Part shown: one piece after another, positions 26,763 to 36,605 of the stretch | How the letters are laid out: each line of letters starts with the position of its first letter | How positions within the stretch are numbered: position 1 is the stretch's first letter | Assembly: GCA_004524535.1 (NCBI GenBank) | Contig: SDNY01000024.1 | Location: 1 to 37,695 of the forward strand | Reading direction: 5' to 3' | Source of the DNA: Promethearchaeota archaeon | GTDB lineage: Archaea > Asgardarchaeota > Lokiarchaeia > Sigyniarchaeales > SOKP01 | Length of the DNA: 37,695 bases | Notes under the pieces: model-generated | Told to the model about the DNA's origin: nothing | Database searches by the model: none | What the model saw: only the letters and a program-made list of their open reading frames with translations | Position numbers and translations under genes: made by a program

Positions 26763-28913
26763 ATGCATACTGGTTTTCCCGAATATTTTAATGGTACTTT
26801 TTTAAAGCAGAATAAGATTTTTTACCGACATTATCAAAATAATATTTTTCATGCATGTAAGAACAAGAATTCGTTAGTAATTTTGCCTACAGGGTTAGGA
26901 AAAACGATAATTGGAATCCTGTTAGTGGCAAATACACTTAGAAGGTATTCTAAGGGAAAGGTGATAATACTTGCTCCGACTAGGCCTTTGGTTTCACAGC
27001 ATAAGAGCACTTGTAAGAAATTTTTAGCAATTAATGAAGAAGAAATAGTATCTTTAACTGGAAAAGTAAGCCCTGAAAAGCGTATCCTTCTATTTAAAGA
27101 ATCTCGAATCATCGTTTCAACACCTCAGATTATGAAGAATGACATAGAACGAGGAAGATATAATTTAAAAGAAATAGCATTGATAATCTTTGACGAGGCT
27201 CATCGTTGTAAAGGAAATTATGCATATAATTTTATTTCTGGTGAATATATTAATAGTTGCACTGATCCATTAATATTAGGATTAACCGCATCCCCTGGAA
27301 AGGATTATGAACATATTCAACTGATATGCGACAATTTATACATAGAAAATGTAGTCTTTAAGTATTATGAAGATAATGATGTGAAAGATTACATTCATGA
27401 GATCGATACTTTTTTAGAAAGAATAGAATTGCCCATCAAATTAATTGAATTAAGTAAGGTTTGGGATCACCTATTTAAGAAATGTCTAAGATTTTTTATA
27501 GAGCGCAACTTGATAAATCCATATAAGAAATATTATTCAAAATTAGATTTTTTGAGAATAAGCCATGATTTAACCTATTCGCTAAAATACGAGAATTATC
27601 GTGATTCTAAAATATATGATGATAATCTCTTAAAATATCTATATTATCATGATCCTAAAATAATAGATATTGTAAAAGAAAAAAAATTAAACATCCAATC
27701 AATATTTTCTTATTGCTCAAGTTGTATATCTATGCTTCACGCTAAAGATTTATTAGAGACTCAGGATATTTCGCTTTTTAAGTCTTTTTTGGAGAAACTG
27801 AAATATAAAGCAGATCAAGATATATTATCTGCTAAAAGAATTATAAATTCTGAGAATTATAAATTCATAAATTCCATTATTGAAAAAGCGGGGCAATCAA
27901 ATTTATCTCATCCTAAAATAAATAAATTGTTCTCAATTATTAGAGAGGAATTAGAGGAATTTCAAAATAAAAAAATCATTATCTTTACACAATATAGAGA
28001 AATGGCAGAGCTTCTAAAAAATAAATTGAGAGAGGAATATAAAAATCATCTTGTCATTGAGAAATTTATTGGTCAAACGACGAAAATAGACGATTGTGGC
28101 TTCCCTCAACTCAAACAAATCGAAATTTTACAAGAGTTTAGAGAAGATAAAATAAATATATTAATCGCAACGAGCGTTGCAGAAGAAGGATTAGATATTC
28201 CGAATGTTGACGCAATAATTTTTTACGAACCAGTCCCCTCAGAAATTAGATTAATTCAGAGACGTGGTAGAACCGGTAGATTTGCGGCGGGAAGGTGTTA
28301 TATCCTTTTAACAGAAAATACAGTTGACGTTCCGTTTCATATAGTCGCTAAGAGAAAAGAAAGTGAAATGAACTCGATCTTAATGGAGCCTAAACAATTA
28401 GAATTAAATAAAAACTTAAAGCGAGAAAAAATCAAGTTTTCTCCTAATGTTAGTAATTATTCAGAGTTAGATATTATCAATAATTTTAAAGAACGGCGAG
28501 AAAAGGAAAAGGAAATCTTGGCAGATCGTTCAATTGAAGAAATTATTATAGAGATTGATAACTTTGCAAAAAGCTCAGAATATAAGAAACTTAAAAATTA
28601 TGGATTATCCTTCATTGCAGATTTGATTAGAATAGATGAGTCAAAATTAAGAAAAAACGTTTTAAAGTTAAAAGGGAAAAAAATCATAACTTCAAGAGAA
28701 AGAAAACGTTATTTAAATAGGAATATAAAGACTTTAATTAATATTGTTAAATTAAATGAAAATGGGAAAATGAAATTTTCAGAGTTCCAAGATCTCGCTC
28801 GAGAGGAGGATATACAAGATAAAAAACTTCATACTCACTTAAATCAAGCCTGTCATTTAGGATATTTGAAGAAACTCCCTAAATATATTCAATTTATTAA
28901 AGACTACGATTGA
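26763..28913 (+). CDS. hef: Hef/FANCM/Mph1-like SF2 helicase (no ERCC4 nuclease domain seen)
   Basis: R.YQ, LPTGLGKT, LAPTRPLV.QH, FDEAHR..GNYAY, GLTASPG, ATSVAEEGLDIP, YEPVPSEIR.IQRRGRTGR. Confidence 0.9.
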   Translation: MHTGFPEYFNGTFLKQNKIFYRHYQNNIFHACKNKNSLVILPTGLGKTIIGILLVANTLRRYSKGKVIILAPTRPLVSQHKSTCKKFLAINEEEIVSLTGKVSPEKRILLFKESRIIVSTPQIMKNDIERGRYNLKEIALIIFDEAHRCKGNYAYNFISGEYINSCTDPLILGLTASPGKDYEHIQLICDNLYIENVVFKYYEDNDVKDYIHEIDTFLERIELPIKLIELSKVWDHLFKKCLRFFIERNLINPYKKYYSKLDFLRISHDLTYSLKYENYRDSKIYDDNLLKYLYYHDPKIIDIVKEKKLNIQSIFSYCSSCISMLHAKDLLETQDISLFKSFLEKLKYKADQDILSAKRIINSENYKFINSIIEKAGQSNLSHPKINKLFSIIREELEEFQNKKIIIFTQYREMAELLKNKLREEYKNHLVIEKFIGQTTKIDDCGFPQLKQIEILQEFREDKINILIATSVAEEGLDIPNVDAIIFYEPVPSEIRLIQRRGRTGRFAAGRCYILLTENTVDVPFHIVAKRKESEMNSILMEPKQLELNKNLKREKIKFSPNVSNYSELDIINNFKERREKEKEILADRSIEEIIIEIDNFAKSSEYKKLKNYGLSFIADLIRIDESKLRKNVLKLKGKKIITSRERKRYLNRNIKTLINIVKLNENGKMKFSEFQDLAREEDIQDKKLHTHLNQACHLGYLKKLPKYIQFIKDYD

Positions 28914-28917
28914 TCCA

Positions 28918-31900
28918 TTAAATCTTAACTTTTTCTTCCTTGCCCTTTTTGAAAATGAAATAAAAAATGATTACTAAGACAAACAAAATGGGAATTGCAA
29001 AAGAGACTGGATTCCCACCAGAAAATATAAAAATATAATAAGTTATTGCTAATAAAGACGCAAAAAAACCAATAATTGGACCGTATAAACTAGTAAAGCT
29101 TTTAAATCGTTTCCAAAACATATAAACTCGGAAGTTCATCTTCTTAAAAACTTCTAACTCGTCCTCATCTAATTTATCTAAAACATCAGGATTTTCATAA
29201 TATAATCCTAAGCGTGGATCATATTTGCCTTTTAAATCGCCACTGCTTATAAGGTAAATCAAATGTTCTTGGAGATTTTGCTTTTTTATTTTGAGCTCAT
29301 TGGCTAAAAAACCAACAGTGAGGTACTCATTAGCCACAGCTTTTATGGCCATTGTTACATATGATTTAATTATTAATTGCTCTAAGCTTTTAATTTTTTC
29401 AGTTAATGTTTCATAAAAATTTTTGAGAAATCTGTCAAAGTCTTTTAAAAGATATTTACTTTTTGTTTTAAAATCTTTGGAATCTTTATTAAATTCCTTT
29501 GTCAAATTCTTTATGTTCTTTTTAATTAATTTTATATGAGTAGAAATATTACTTGCTCGGTCATTTATCTTATAGTAGGCCCTCTTAAATTCTTGTGCAT
29601 CTATGTCCTCTTCAATTTTTATCTGGAGTGTTCCTAGCATTTGGGTTATACGCATCTTTTGTTCATTAATAAAGTTGGTTAATTTTCCACGGAAAACTTC
29701 CTCTTTTAAAATAATTATTTCAGTGCTAATTTTTTCTTTTTTATTTTCATAATCTTTTAAAAACTCACTTTTTTTCTTCACAAAATATTCACTAAGTTCA
29801 AGTCCCATTTTATTTGAATCGTTAATATTGCTTAATGACGATTTTAAGTCTTCTTCAATTCTTTGCTGAGTTTGATTAAATTTATTTGCCAGTTTTCTCC
29901 ATTCATTCTCAAAACTTTCCTTTATTTTAATATACGATTCTCCATGTGATTTCTCAATATCTTTGGAAATTTTTGAATTTTTTGCCTTCAACTCTGTTTC
30001 TAAATTGTTAAATTCCTGAGTTATGAAATTTTGCTTATTAATGAACAATTCAAGGTTGATTCTTATTTTATTTATCGCTAATTTGTTATTTTCCAAAACA
30101 GATTCAAAATAGTTTTTAGTATCAATAAATTCCATTCGCGTTTGCTCGATTTGGAGTTCTTTGACTTTTTGTTTAAATTGCTCTCGGACAGTTTCTTCAA
30201 AATTCAACTCGTTTATTCGATTTTGAAGTTCTAATATATTTACGCTTAATGTTCTTTTTCTTATGCTGGAGTCATATAAGGCAAGTATTTTCCCTATTCT
30301 CTCTCGTACTAATTTTAATAATTTATTGTCAATATAATTCTTTAATTCCTTGTTTTTATAATAATGATCTGTATATAATAAGACACATTTTTCGGTATCA
30401 TAAAGTTTTGCATTTAATTTAGAAATCTCGATCATCTCTTTTATCCTAGACATTAGAACGTTACATTTTAAGCCAAGTTCCTTTTTTAATTCGATAACTT
30501 TTATTGTATTCGTTTTTCTCTCGTTTGATATAGAATTAATTTTTTCTGTAATAACATTATTTATATACTCCTCTTTCAATATATCAACTTCATGATTAAA
30601 ATATTCTTTAAAATTGTTCCATTGAATAATAGTAACATTGGATTTTTCTTCAAATTTTTCAATCAAATCATTACATTTTTTTAATTTTTTTAAATATAAT
30701 CTATCAACCTCATTAAACTGATTTCGAATATCATCAAATCTATTATTTATATCTTTAACTCCTAACTTATCACTTGGTTGATCCAGACCATCTTTATATT
30801 TTTTCAATAAATCCTTGAATTTAGAGATCTCTTGCGAAACAAAATCATCAAAATCCTCTATTTTTGCCCTGTTTCTTTCCTCTACTACTTTTTTTTTAAG
30901 AGATTTGACTTGTTGTGCTATTTCTGTAAGTAAATTTTCCTCTAAATCCTCTAACCCCTCATTTAATTGTTTATATAGCAAAGATAATCTTTGTTTGGAT
31001 TTTATTTCTTTATTGATGATCTCTTGAAGCTCTTTAATTTCATTTGTTTTAGTTTTTAATAAATTATTTGCTTCAATTTTAATGACCTCGAATGCTTCTT
31101 TAAATTGACTTTCTTTTGCTTTAATTTTGGCTTTTTCAGTTATAGTCTGAACTTCTTGAATAATTGTACTTTTCAGATTATTGATCTTTTTCACATTCTC
31201 CCTGAAGAAGGTAAAACCATTAGAATAATAATCAAAGATGTCATTAAATCCCTTTTTTACTTCAATCCAATGATTTATTACCTCATTTCGATTCTGAATA
31301 ATCTCCTTTTCTTCTGTAATTATTTTTCGAGAAATTTCATAAAATTTTTTATCAAATTCGTTTACATTCTTTCTAATCTTTTCAAAATCTTGAATAACAA
31401 CTGATAATCCTGTATCTGAATATTTTTCACTAACTTCTCTTAAATTATTTCTAAATTTATCTAAATCTCTATCTATCGATTCTCTAAATATGGTAATTTT
31501 ATTTTCTAAATTCTCAATTGTGTTATTGAACTTTCTTATATCTTCCTTTTCTGAAATTTTTTTCAACAGAAACAATTCTGTGTCCTTCAGTTCTTTACTT
31601 AAAATGGAATATAATTCGTTCCAGTGGGTAATTTCTGATTCAAAAACAGTTTGAATATTAGTATAGTATAAATCTTCATTAAATGAATTTTCAATATTTT
31701 CGTTTAAGAAATCGGCTTCCATTAATGCGTCTCTTAGAATGAATTTTAGCCGTTCTTTGGCGAGATCAATTTCATTTAGAATTAAATAGGATTCGATTTC
31801 TTCTTTTATTTGAGAGGATACATTCTTTAATTTTAAAATCATGTTAAAGATATTATTTTTAATTTCCTTTAATTTCTCTTTTTCAGAAAATAATCTATCA

Positions 31901-33345
31901 GGATTTATTTTAGTGTCAGAAACAATTATTTTTTCTAAAAGGAAATCTAATTCAAACCGATTTTTTGCGGTCTTACCCTTAAAAAAGTTCCTTTCGATCA
32001 TATTATTTATTAATGGAAAAATGTCTTCCTTTAATTTAAAAGATTCATTATGATATTTTGATTTAAATTTTTTAAGATTCTTTTTTTTGAAAGAAACTAT
32101 ACTATTTTTTTTGATTTTATCATAAAAGTCTAAGGCAAAATCTTTTAATCCGGGACTTAAATCACGAATATAATTATTAAATTCTAATTGATTATCCAAA
32201 ATACGTATATTAAAAGTGTAATATTCATTAATGTAAGAAATTACCTCTTCAATTCCATGTGTCAATCCAAATGATGTTTTAATTTGATTTGAATCAACAT
32301 ATTCTTCCTGCTCTAATTGTTTGAATAAGACTCTCTCAATGGTGTTAATGAATTTTTTCCAAATTATCGATAATATTATTATTAATTTTGAGAGTTCCAT
32401 CATTTTAATAAGGTTTCGATTGGAATCCTCACTTAATATTTCATTTAGTTTAGAGTTTATAAAAGAATAGATTCCAATAGGGTTATAATCTATTAGCCAA
32501 GAATATATATCGAGAACATAGACTAACCAAAATGTTGTATTTATTGTTCCATCAATTTTTTTAAAACTAAAACCGCCATTTTCTTTTTGAAATTGATGAA
32601 GATATTGAAGAGATTTATCATTAACATTAGAATCAAGATCTAAAAGCTTAAAACATAACAACTTGAAAACCAACGATGGATCTCGCTTTTTATCAGTTAA
32701 ATGGGACTGAAACGAGTCTTTACTTAATCTTGTATCTATTCCCAAAAGCCTTAAAATCTCCAATGCGAAATATAGTGTTCTTGCCGATGATGTCTTTTTG
32801 CAAATTTCGCAATCTTCAAAAAAACAGTGTAAAAATCTATCACCTTTATTGTGAGGGAGGACAAAGTTTTTAATTTCTCGGGCGATCTGTTTTTGTCCCT
32901 TTGAAGCAAGAAATTCCTTCAAAACCCCTAATAATTTCAAGCTTGCTAAAGCAAAATAAGTGGACCAAATATCCGGTTCTTTTTGATTTGAATAGGGAGA
33001 AAATTTAAATCCTAATTTATCACTCCCTTTTGTAAATTTACATTTCTTAATATAATCATATAATTCTTTCTTCTTTTCTTTCTTATGATCTTTCAAATAC
33101 TTTCTTAATAAGAGGAAATAGTAAACATTTTCCAGGTTGAGGGGTCCTTCATTTAGTATGTTTTCTTTAATATTTTGATAAAATTTTAAGACTTCATCAT
33201 AATTACTTATATAAAATGGTCCAATCTCCCTACTTTTCACTGAAAAAAAGGATTTAAACGGTTCTTTCTTAAATATCGTAAGATAAGGGTATAATGATTT
33301 TCCTTCAACCAAGTCTTCCTTAAAAATAAAACTCTCTTTTATCAC
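28918..33345 (-). CDS. Giant coiled-coil protein with N-terminal prenyltransferase/squalene-cyclase-like repeats, PCI-like winged helices and two C-terminal TM helices
   Basis: GFKFSP...PDIWSTYFALASLKLLG and FQKENGGFSF...TTFW repeats; E/K/L/I-rich heptads; LTVGFLANELKI...LIYLISSGDLKGKYD; hydrophobic hairpin at the C-terminus. Confidence 0.8.
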   Translation of the reverse strand: MIKESFIFKEDLVEGKSLYPYLTIFKKEPFKSFFSVKSREIGPFYISNYDEVLKFYQNIKENILNEGPLNLENVYYFLLLRKYLKDHKKEKKKELYDYIKKCKFTKGSDKLGFKFSPYSNQKEPDIWSTYFALASLKLLGVLKEFLASKGQKQIAREIKNFVLPHNKGDRFLHCFFEDCEICKKTSSARTLYFALEILRLLGIDTRLSKDSFQSHLTDKKRDPSLVFKLLCFKLLDLDSNVNDKSLQYLHQFQKENGGFSFKKIDGTINTTFWLVYVLDIYSWLIDYNPIGIYSFINSKLNEILSEDSNRNLIKMMELSKLIIILSIIWKKFINTIERVLFKQLEQEEYVDSNQIKTSFGLTHGIEEVISYINEYYTFNIRILDNQLEFNNYIRDLSPGLKDFALDFYDKIKKNSIVSFKKKNLKKFKSKYHNESFKLKEDIFPLINNMIERNFFKGKTAKNRFELDFLLEKIIVSDTKINPDRLFSEKEKLKEIKNNIFNMILKLKNVSSQIKEEIESYLILNEIDLAKERLKFILRDALMEADFLNENIENSFNEDLYYTNIQTVFESEITHWNELYSILSKELKDTELFLLKKISEKEDIRKFNNTIENLENKITIFRESIDRDLDKFRNNLREVSEKYSDTGLSVVIQDFEKIRKNVNEFDKKFYEISRKIITEEKEIIQNRNEVINHWIEVKKGFNDIFDYYSNGFTFFRENVKKINNLKSTIIQEVQTITEKAKIKAKESQFKEAFEVIKIEANNLLKTKTNEIKELQEIINKEIKSKQRLSLLYKQLNEGLEDLEENLLTEIAQQVKSLKKKVVEERNRAKIEDFDDFVSQEISKFKDLLKKYKDGLDQPSDKLGVKDINNRFDDIRNQFNEVDRLYLKKLKKCNDLIEKFEEKSNVTIIQWNNFKEYFNHEVDILKEEYINNVITEKINSISNERKTNTIKVIELKKELGLKCNVLMSRIKEMIEISKLNAKLYDTEKCVLLYTDHYYKNKELKNYIDNKLLKLVRERIGKILALYDSSIRKRTLSVNILELQNRINELNFEETVREQFKQKVKELQIEQTRMEFIDTKNYFESVLENNKLAINKIRINLELFINKQNFITQEFNNLETELKAKNSKISKDIEKSHGESYIKIKESFENEWRKLANKFNQTQQRIEEDLKSSLSNINDSNKMGLELSEYFVKKKSEFLKDYENKKEKISTEIIILKEEVFRGKLTNFINEQKMRITQMLGTLQIKIEEDIDAQEFKRAYYKINDRASNISTHIKLIKKNIKNLTKEFNKDSKDFKTKSKYLLKDFDRFLKNFYETLTEKIKSLEQLIIKSYVTMAIKAVANEYLTVGFLANELKIKKQNLQEHLIYLISSGDLKGKYDPRLGLYYENPDVLDKLDEDELEVFKKMNFRVYMFWKRFKSFTSLYGPIIGFFASLLAITYYIFIFSGGNPVSFAIPILFVLVIIFYFIFKKGKEEKVKI

Positions 33346-33552
33346 TTATCTAAAAAACCTCGTAAAAATTTTATAAATTCTTCTAAATATTAATGATGAT
33401 ACGCTCTTTTATTTTTATGTTTCCCCCACTTATTCTTATGTAAATAATAACATTATTTTAATACCAATTACTTTACTGCAAAATAACAATTATTAAAATA
33501 AAGTAATAATTTCAGATTGTTATAAATTTTTATATTTTTCCAGTGAATTTGA

Positions 33553-34737
33553 ATGGTTTCAAGGAGAGTCACTGATTTAGAATATGCGATAAGGGATGTT
33601 GCCGTTGTTGCTAATGAAGTTGTAAAGAGTGGCAGAAAAGTCTACCACCTAAATATTGGGGATCCTGTAAAATACGATTTTAAAACACCTAAATATATCT
33701 CACAAGCATTAGCCAATGCGACTTTTAAGGGCCAAAATTTTTACGTTGATTCTTTGGGCGTATTCGAGCTTCGTGAAGAAATTAGCAAATATGAAAATCA
33801 TAAAAACAACATATCAATTACAGCTGATGATGTCTTAATTACTTCTGGTGTTACTGAGGGAATCTTTTTCGTTTTTGCAGGATTAATTGAGAAAAACAAA
33901 GAAATCTTAATTCCTGGACCATCATATCCAGTTTATATTAATTACGCTAAGTTTTTTGATGGCAACCCCGTTGAATATGAACTTGATGAAAGCAACGATT
34001 GGGATCCTAATATTGATGATTTAAGAAAGAAAGTAACGGATAAAACCCAAGCTATCGTATTAGCCTCCCCAAACAATCCAACTGGAGTAGTTTATAGCAG
34101 TAAAAAGATAAAAGAAATAATAGACATTGCCGGAGAATATGACCTGCCAGTTATATCAGATGAAATATACGATCAGATTATCTATGAAAAAGAATTTACA
34201 TGTCCCGCATCCCTTAGTAAAGATGTTCCCATAATAGGAATGAATGGCTTTTCAAAAGCTCATCTTGCTACTGGATGGAGAATCGGTTATCTTTATTATC
34301 ACGACCCCGAAGATAAACTTAATGAGTTGAAAGAAGGCTTACAAAAAATGGCGCGAGCAAGATTATGCGCAAATTCTATAGCACAATTCGCAGCCATAGA
34401 AGCTTTAAAAAATCCAGGACATCATACTGATGATATGGTCAAGAAATTAAAAGAAAGACGTGATTATTCCTATAAGAGACTACGACAAATCGAAGGCATT
34501 TCATGCATTAAGCCAGAAGGAGCTTTTTATTTATTTCCGAAAATTGATTTCAATGAATATACTCAATGGAAGAATGATAAGGAATTTGTTATAGATCTGG
34601 TTAGAAACACAGGAATCTGCGGAGTTTATGGGTCTGGTTTTGGCACTTATGGTAAAGGACATATAAGGCTCACATTTTTACCGAATTTGGAAATTTTGGA
34701 AACAGTCTACAATCTCCTTGAAGACTTTTTGAAATAA
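33553..34737 (+). CDS. PLP-dependent class I/II aminotransferase, probably alanine aminotransferase
   Basis: LEYAIRDV, LNIGDP, PNNPTG, SDEIYD, NGFSK...TGWRIG, GAFY, GSGFG. Confidence 0.9.
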   Translation: MVSRRVTDLEYAIRDVAVVANEVVKSGRKVYHLNIGDPVKYDFKTPKYISQALANATFKGQNFYVDSLGVFELREEISKYENHKNNISITADDVLITSGVTEGIFFVFAGLIEKNKEILIPGPSYPVYINYAKFFDGNPVEYELDESNDWDPNIDDLRKKVTDKTQAIVLASPNNPTGVVYSSKKIKEIIDIAGEYDLPVISDEIYDQIIYEKEFTCPASLSKDVPIIGMNGFSKAHLATGWRIGYLYYHDPEDKLNELKEGLQKMARARLCANSIAQFAAIEALKNPGHHTDDMVKKLKERRDYSYKRLRQIEGISCIKPEGAFYLFPKIDFNEYTQWKNDKEFVIDLVRNTGICGVYGSGFGTYGKGHIRLTFLPNLEILETVYNLLEDFLK

Positions 34738-34815
34738 TCTACTAGTCAAAAAAAACCTAAAGATATATCTTTAAAATTAATAAACAGTAAAAAAAAAAGA
34801 GAAATAAATTAATTT

Positions 34816-36216
34816 TTAAATTAGGGCTTCCTCAGTACTTAAAAAATCTTCATCTGTAGGTTGTTCAATTATATCCAAAAGATTATACTCACTAATCATT
34901 TGAAGAATTCCCATAACTACCATGCCATGACTGTAGAGCTCATTTGCGTCATAGAGATTCCTCCAACAGAAGGGACATTCAGTTAATAAGAAGTCTGCTT
35001 TAACAGCGTTAGCCTCATCACATCTTAAGCTCGCAGTCCTAAGAGAAAAATCCGGATACCCTGCTCTTACTCCACCACCGGCACCACAACACATGCTATT
35101 GAGCTTTATTCTATACATCTCTTTAAATACGAGTCCAACATCCTCTTCGAGCTTTCTTAGAATGACTCTTGGTTTTTCAAACCATCTATCGATTTCTTGT
35201 CCGATTTTTCTCATGTCAAACATGAGGTTTTTAGATTCCTCAATCATCCTTTGCTCATAATCCACAGCAAAATGTCTGCCTGTGTGGCAAGGATCATGGT
35301 AAGTAACTATTTTCCCTTTTAGCTCTTTGTTTGGTTTGAATTTTATTTTTTCTTTTGTAATTAATTCTTTGATAAGTTCGAATGCATGTTTTGTTTTAAA
35401 TGGAAGTTTCTCATCTTCTGCCATCCATTTTGGATAATCAATCGTAAGGGTTCTATAACAACCAGCACATGAGAAATAGAGTATTTCTACGTCTTTAAAC
35501 GCTTCAAGGTTTTTCCTCATTAGTTCTTGTGCGGTATCCACGGCACCTATTCTGAAGAAAGGGCTTCCACAGCAGACTTCGTCTTCAACTAGGGTAAAAT
35601 TAATACCTAATTGTTCAAAAAGCTTTGCTGTTGCAATAGCAACTTCTACTTGACGATAACTAGCAGTACAGCCAACATAATAGGCAACATTTGCATCTTT
35701 ATTGTTAATGAACTTTTCTAAACCTGCATCTTTTGCCCATTTAAACCGATCTCCTGCTTCACCACCATAAGGATTGTTCCTTTCTTTAACAATGTTATCT
35801 ACTAATTGGTGCTTATCAATCATTGGGACTCCGGCTTCTTTACACGCAGCACGCAGAGATTCAATAATATCCACAGTGCGAATTTTATTTTCACATTGTG
35901 CTTGACACTGTCCGCACGTAATACAAGGCATTATAACATCTCTTAAATCTTCAGAAAATTCTAAATCGTCAGTCAAAATAGAACGAGCAATCCAAATTTT
36001 TCCGGCATTCCAAAATGCCTCCCAACCATATTCAATACCTGCCGGGCATGAATCAACCATACCTTCGTAAAGAACAGATTTTTGTTTGCCTTTCCATTCG
36101 CCGATTCCTTTTCTGCTAGGCTCACCTGAGTAAGCGAAGCGACATGCTTTGCAGTGAATACATTTAAAGATATCTTTTTTTAGTTCTTCTAACCTTTGTT
36201 TACCAGTTTTAGCCAT
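34816..36216 (-). CDS. HdrD/GlcF-like Fe-S oxidoreductase with two CCG domains
   Basis: CIHCKAC, CITCGQCQAQC, YYVGC, EVCCG, CAGC, YHDPCH, CCGAGGG, CPFC. The ATG at 36216 sits 5 nt after AGGTGA; the tracked GTG at 36225 is part of the SD. Confidence 0.9.
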   Translation of the reverse strand: MAKTGKQRLEELKKDIFKCIHCKACRFAYSGEPSRKGIGEWKGKQKSVLYEGMVDSCPAGIEYGWEAFWNAGKIWIARSILTDDLEFSEDLRDVIMPCITCGQCQAQCENKIRTVDIIESLRAACKEAGVPMIDKHQLVDNIVKERNNPYGGEAGDRFKWAKDAGLEKFINNKDANVAYYVGCTASYRQVEVAIATAKLFEQLGINFTLVEDEVCCGSPFFRIGAVDTAQELMRKNLEAFKDVEILYFSCAGCYRTLTIDYPKWMAEDEKLPFKTKHAFELIKELITKEKIKFKPNKELKGKIVTYHDPCHTGRHFAVDYEQRMIEESKNLMFDMRKIGQEIDRWFEKPRVILRKLEEDVGLVFKEMYRIKLNSMCCGAGGGVRAGYPDFSLRTASLRCDEANAVKADFLLTECPFCWRNLYDANELYSHGMVVMGILQMISEYNLLDIIEQPTDEDFLSTEEALI

Positions 36217-36233
36217 TTTTTTCACCTCTTTTT

Positions 36234-36452
36234 TTATGGAAGAGCGAGTCTTCCTGGATGCATTATCATATTAGGATCTACTAACTTTTTAAACGCTCTT
36301 AAATATTTCCAATACATTCCTGCTTGATAATACGCTTGAATGTGGATAAATGGATCAGGCCTATAATTTAACCATCCTCTCTTCAATGCATATTCCGTTG
36401 TAACAGCGTTTAAGTCTTGTACTTTTTCAAAATCTTTATCTTCATTTTTCAT
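36234..36452 (-). pseudogene. Isolated C-terminal fragment of a FAD-linked oxidase (GlcD/D-lactate dehydrogenase type)
   Basis: Ends in LRAFKKLVDPNMIMHPGR, the terminal K..(L/F)DP..I(L/M)NPG motif of this family. It is only 72 aa and the upstream DNA is AT-rich and non-coding. Confidence 0.6.
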
Positions 36453-36605
36453 TTTTTTTTCGATTATTTCAATATTTTTATAATTAATAAATTAAAAAAA
36501 TAAATAATTTATGGATAAAAAAAATTATGATTTAAAATTATAAAAGTAAAAAAACAGATTTAAAAGGCTGTCTATTTAAGAAAATTTACTTTTTTTTTAA
36601 GAGTC

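Noticed and set aside
2538-32873. Short tracked ORFs nested in or antisense to long genes (e.g. 2538, 2601, 3833, 5934-6472, 7443-8023, 9440, 9940, 11889, 13671, 13780, 14912, 20253, 20760, 22242, 26849, 30815-32873)
   Set aside because: Shadow frames of well-supported CDS, with no motifs or initiation signals.
28918-33345. SMC/Rad50 assignment for the giant coiled-coil protein
   Set aside because: No Walker A/B or signature motif, no hinge or zinc hook, and it has C-terminal TM helices.
5534-36216. Selenoproteins or pyrrolysine readthrough among the redox enzymes
   Set aside because: AOR, the ferredoxins and the CCG protein are full length with no in-frame TGA or TAG, and I recognised no SECIS-like element.
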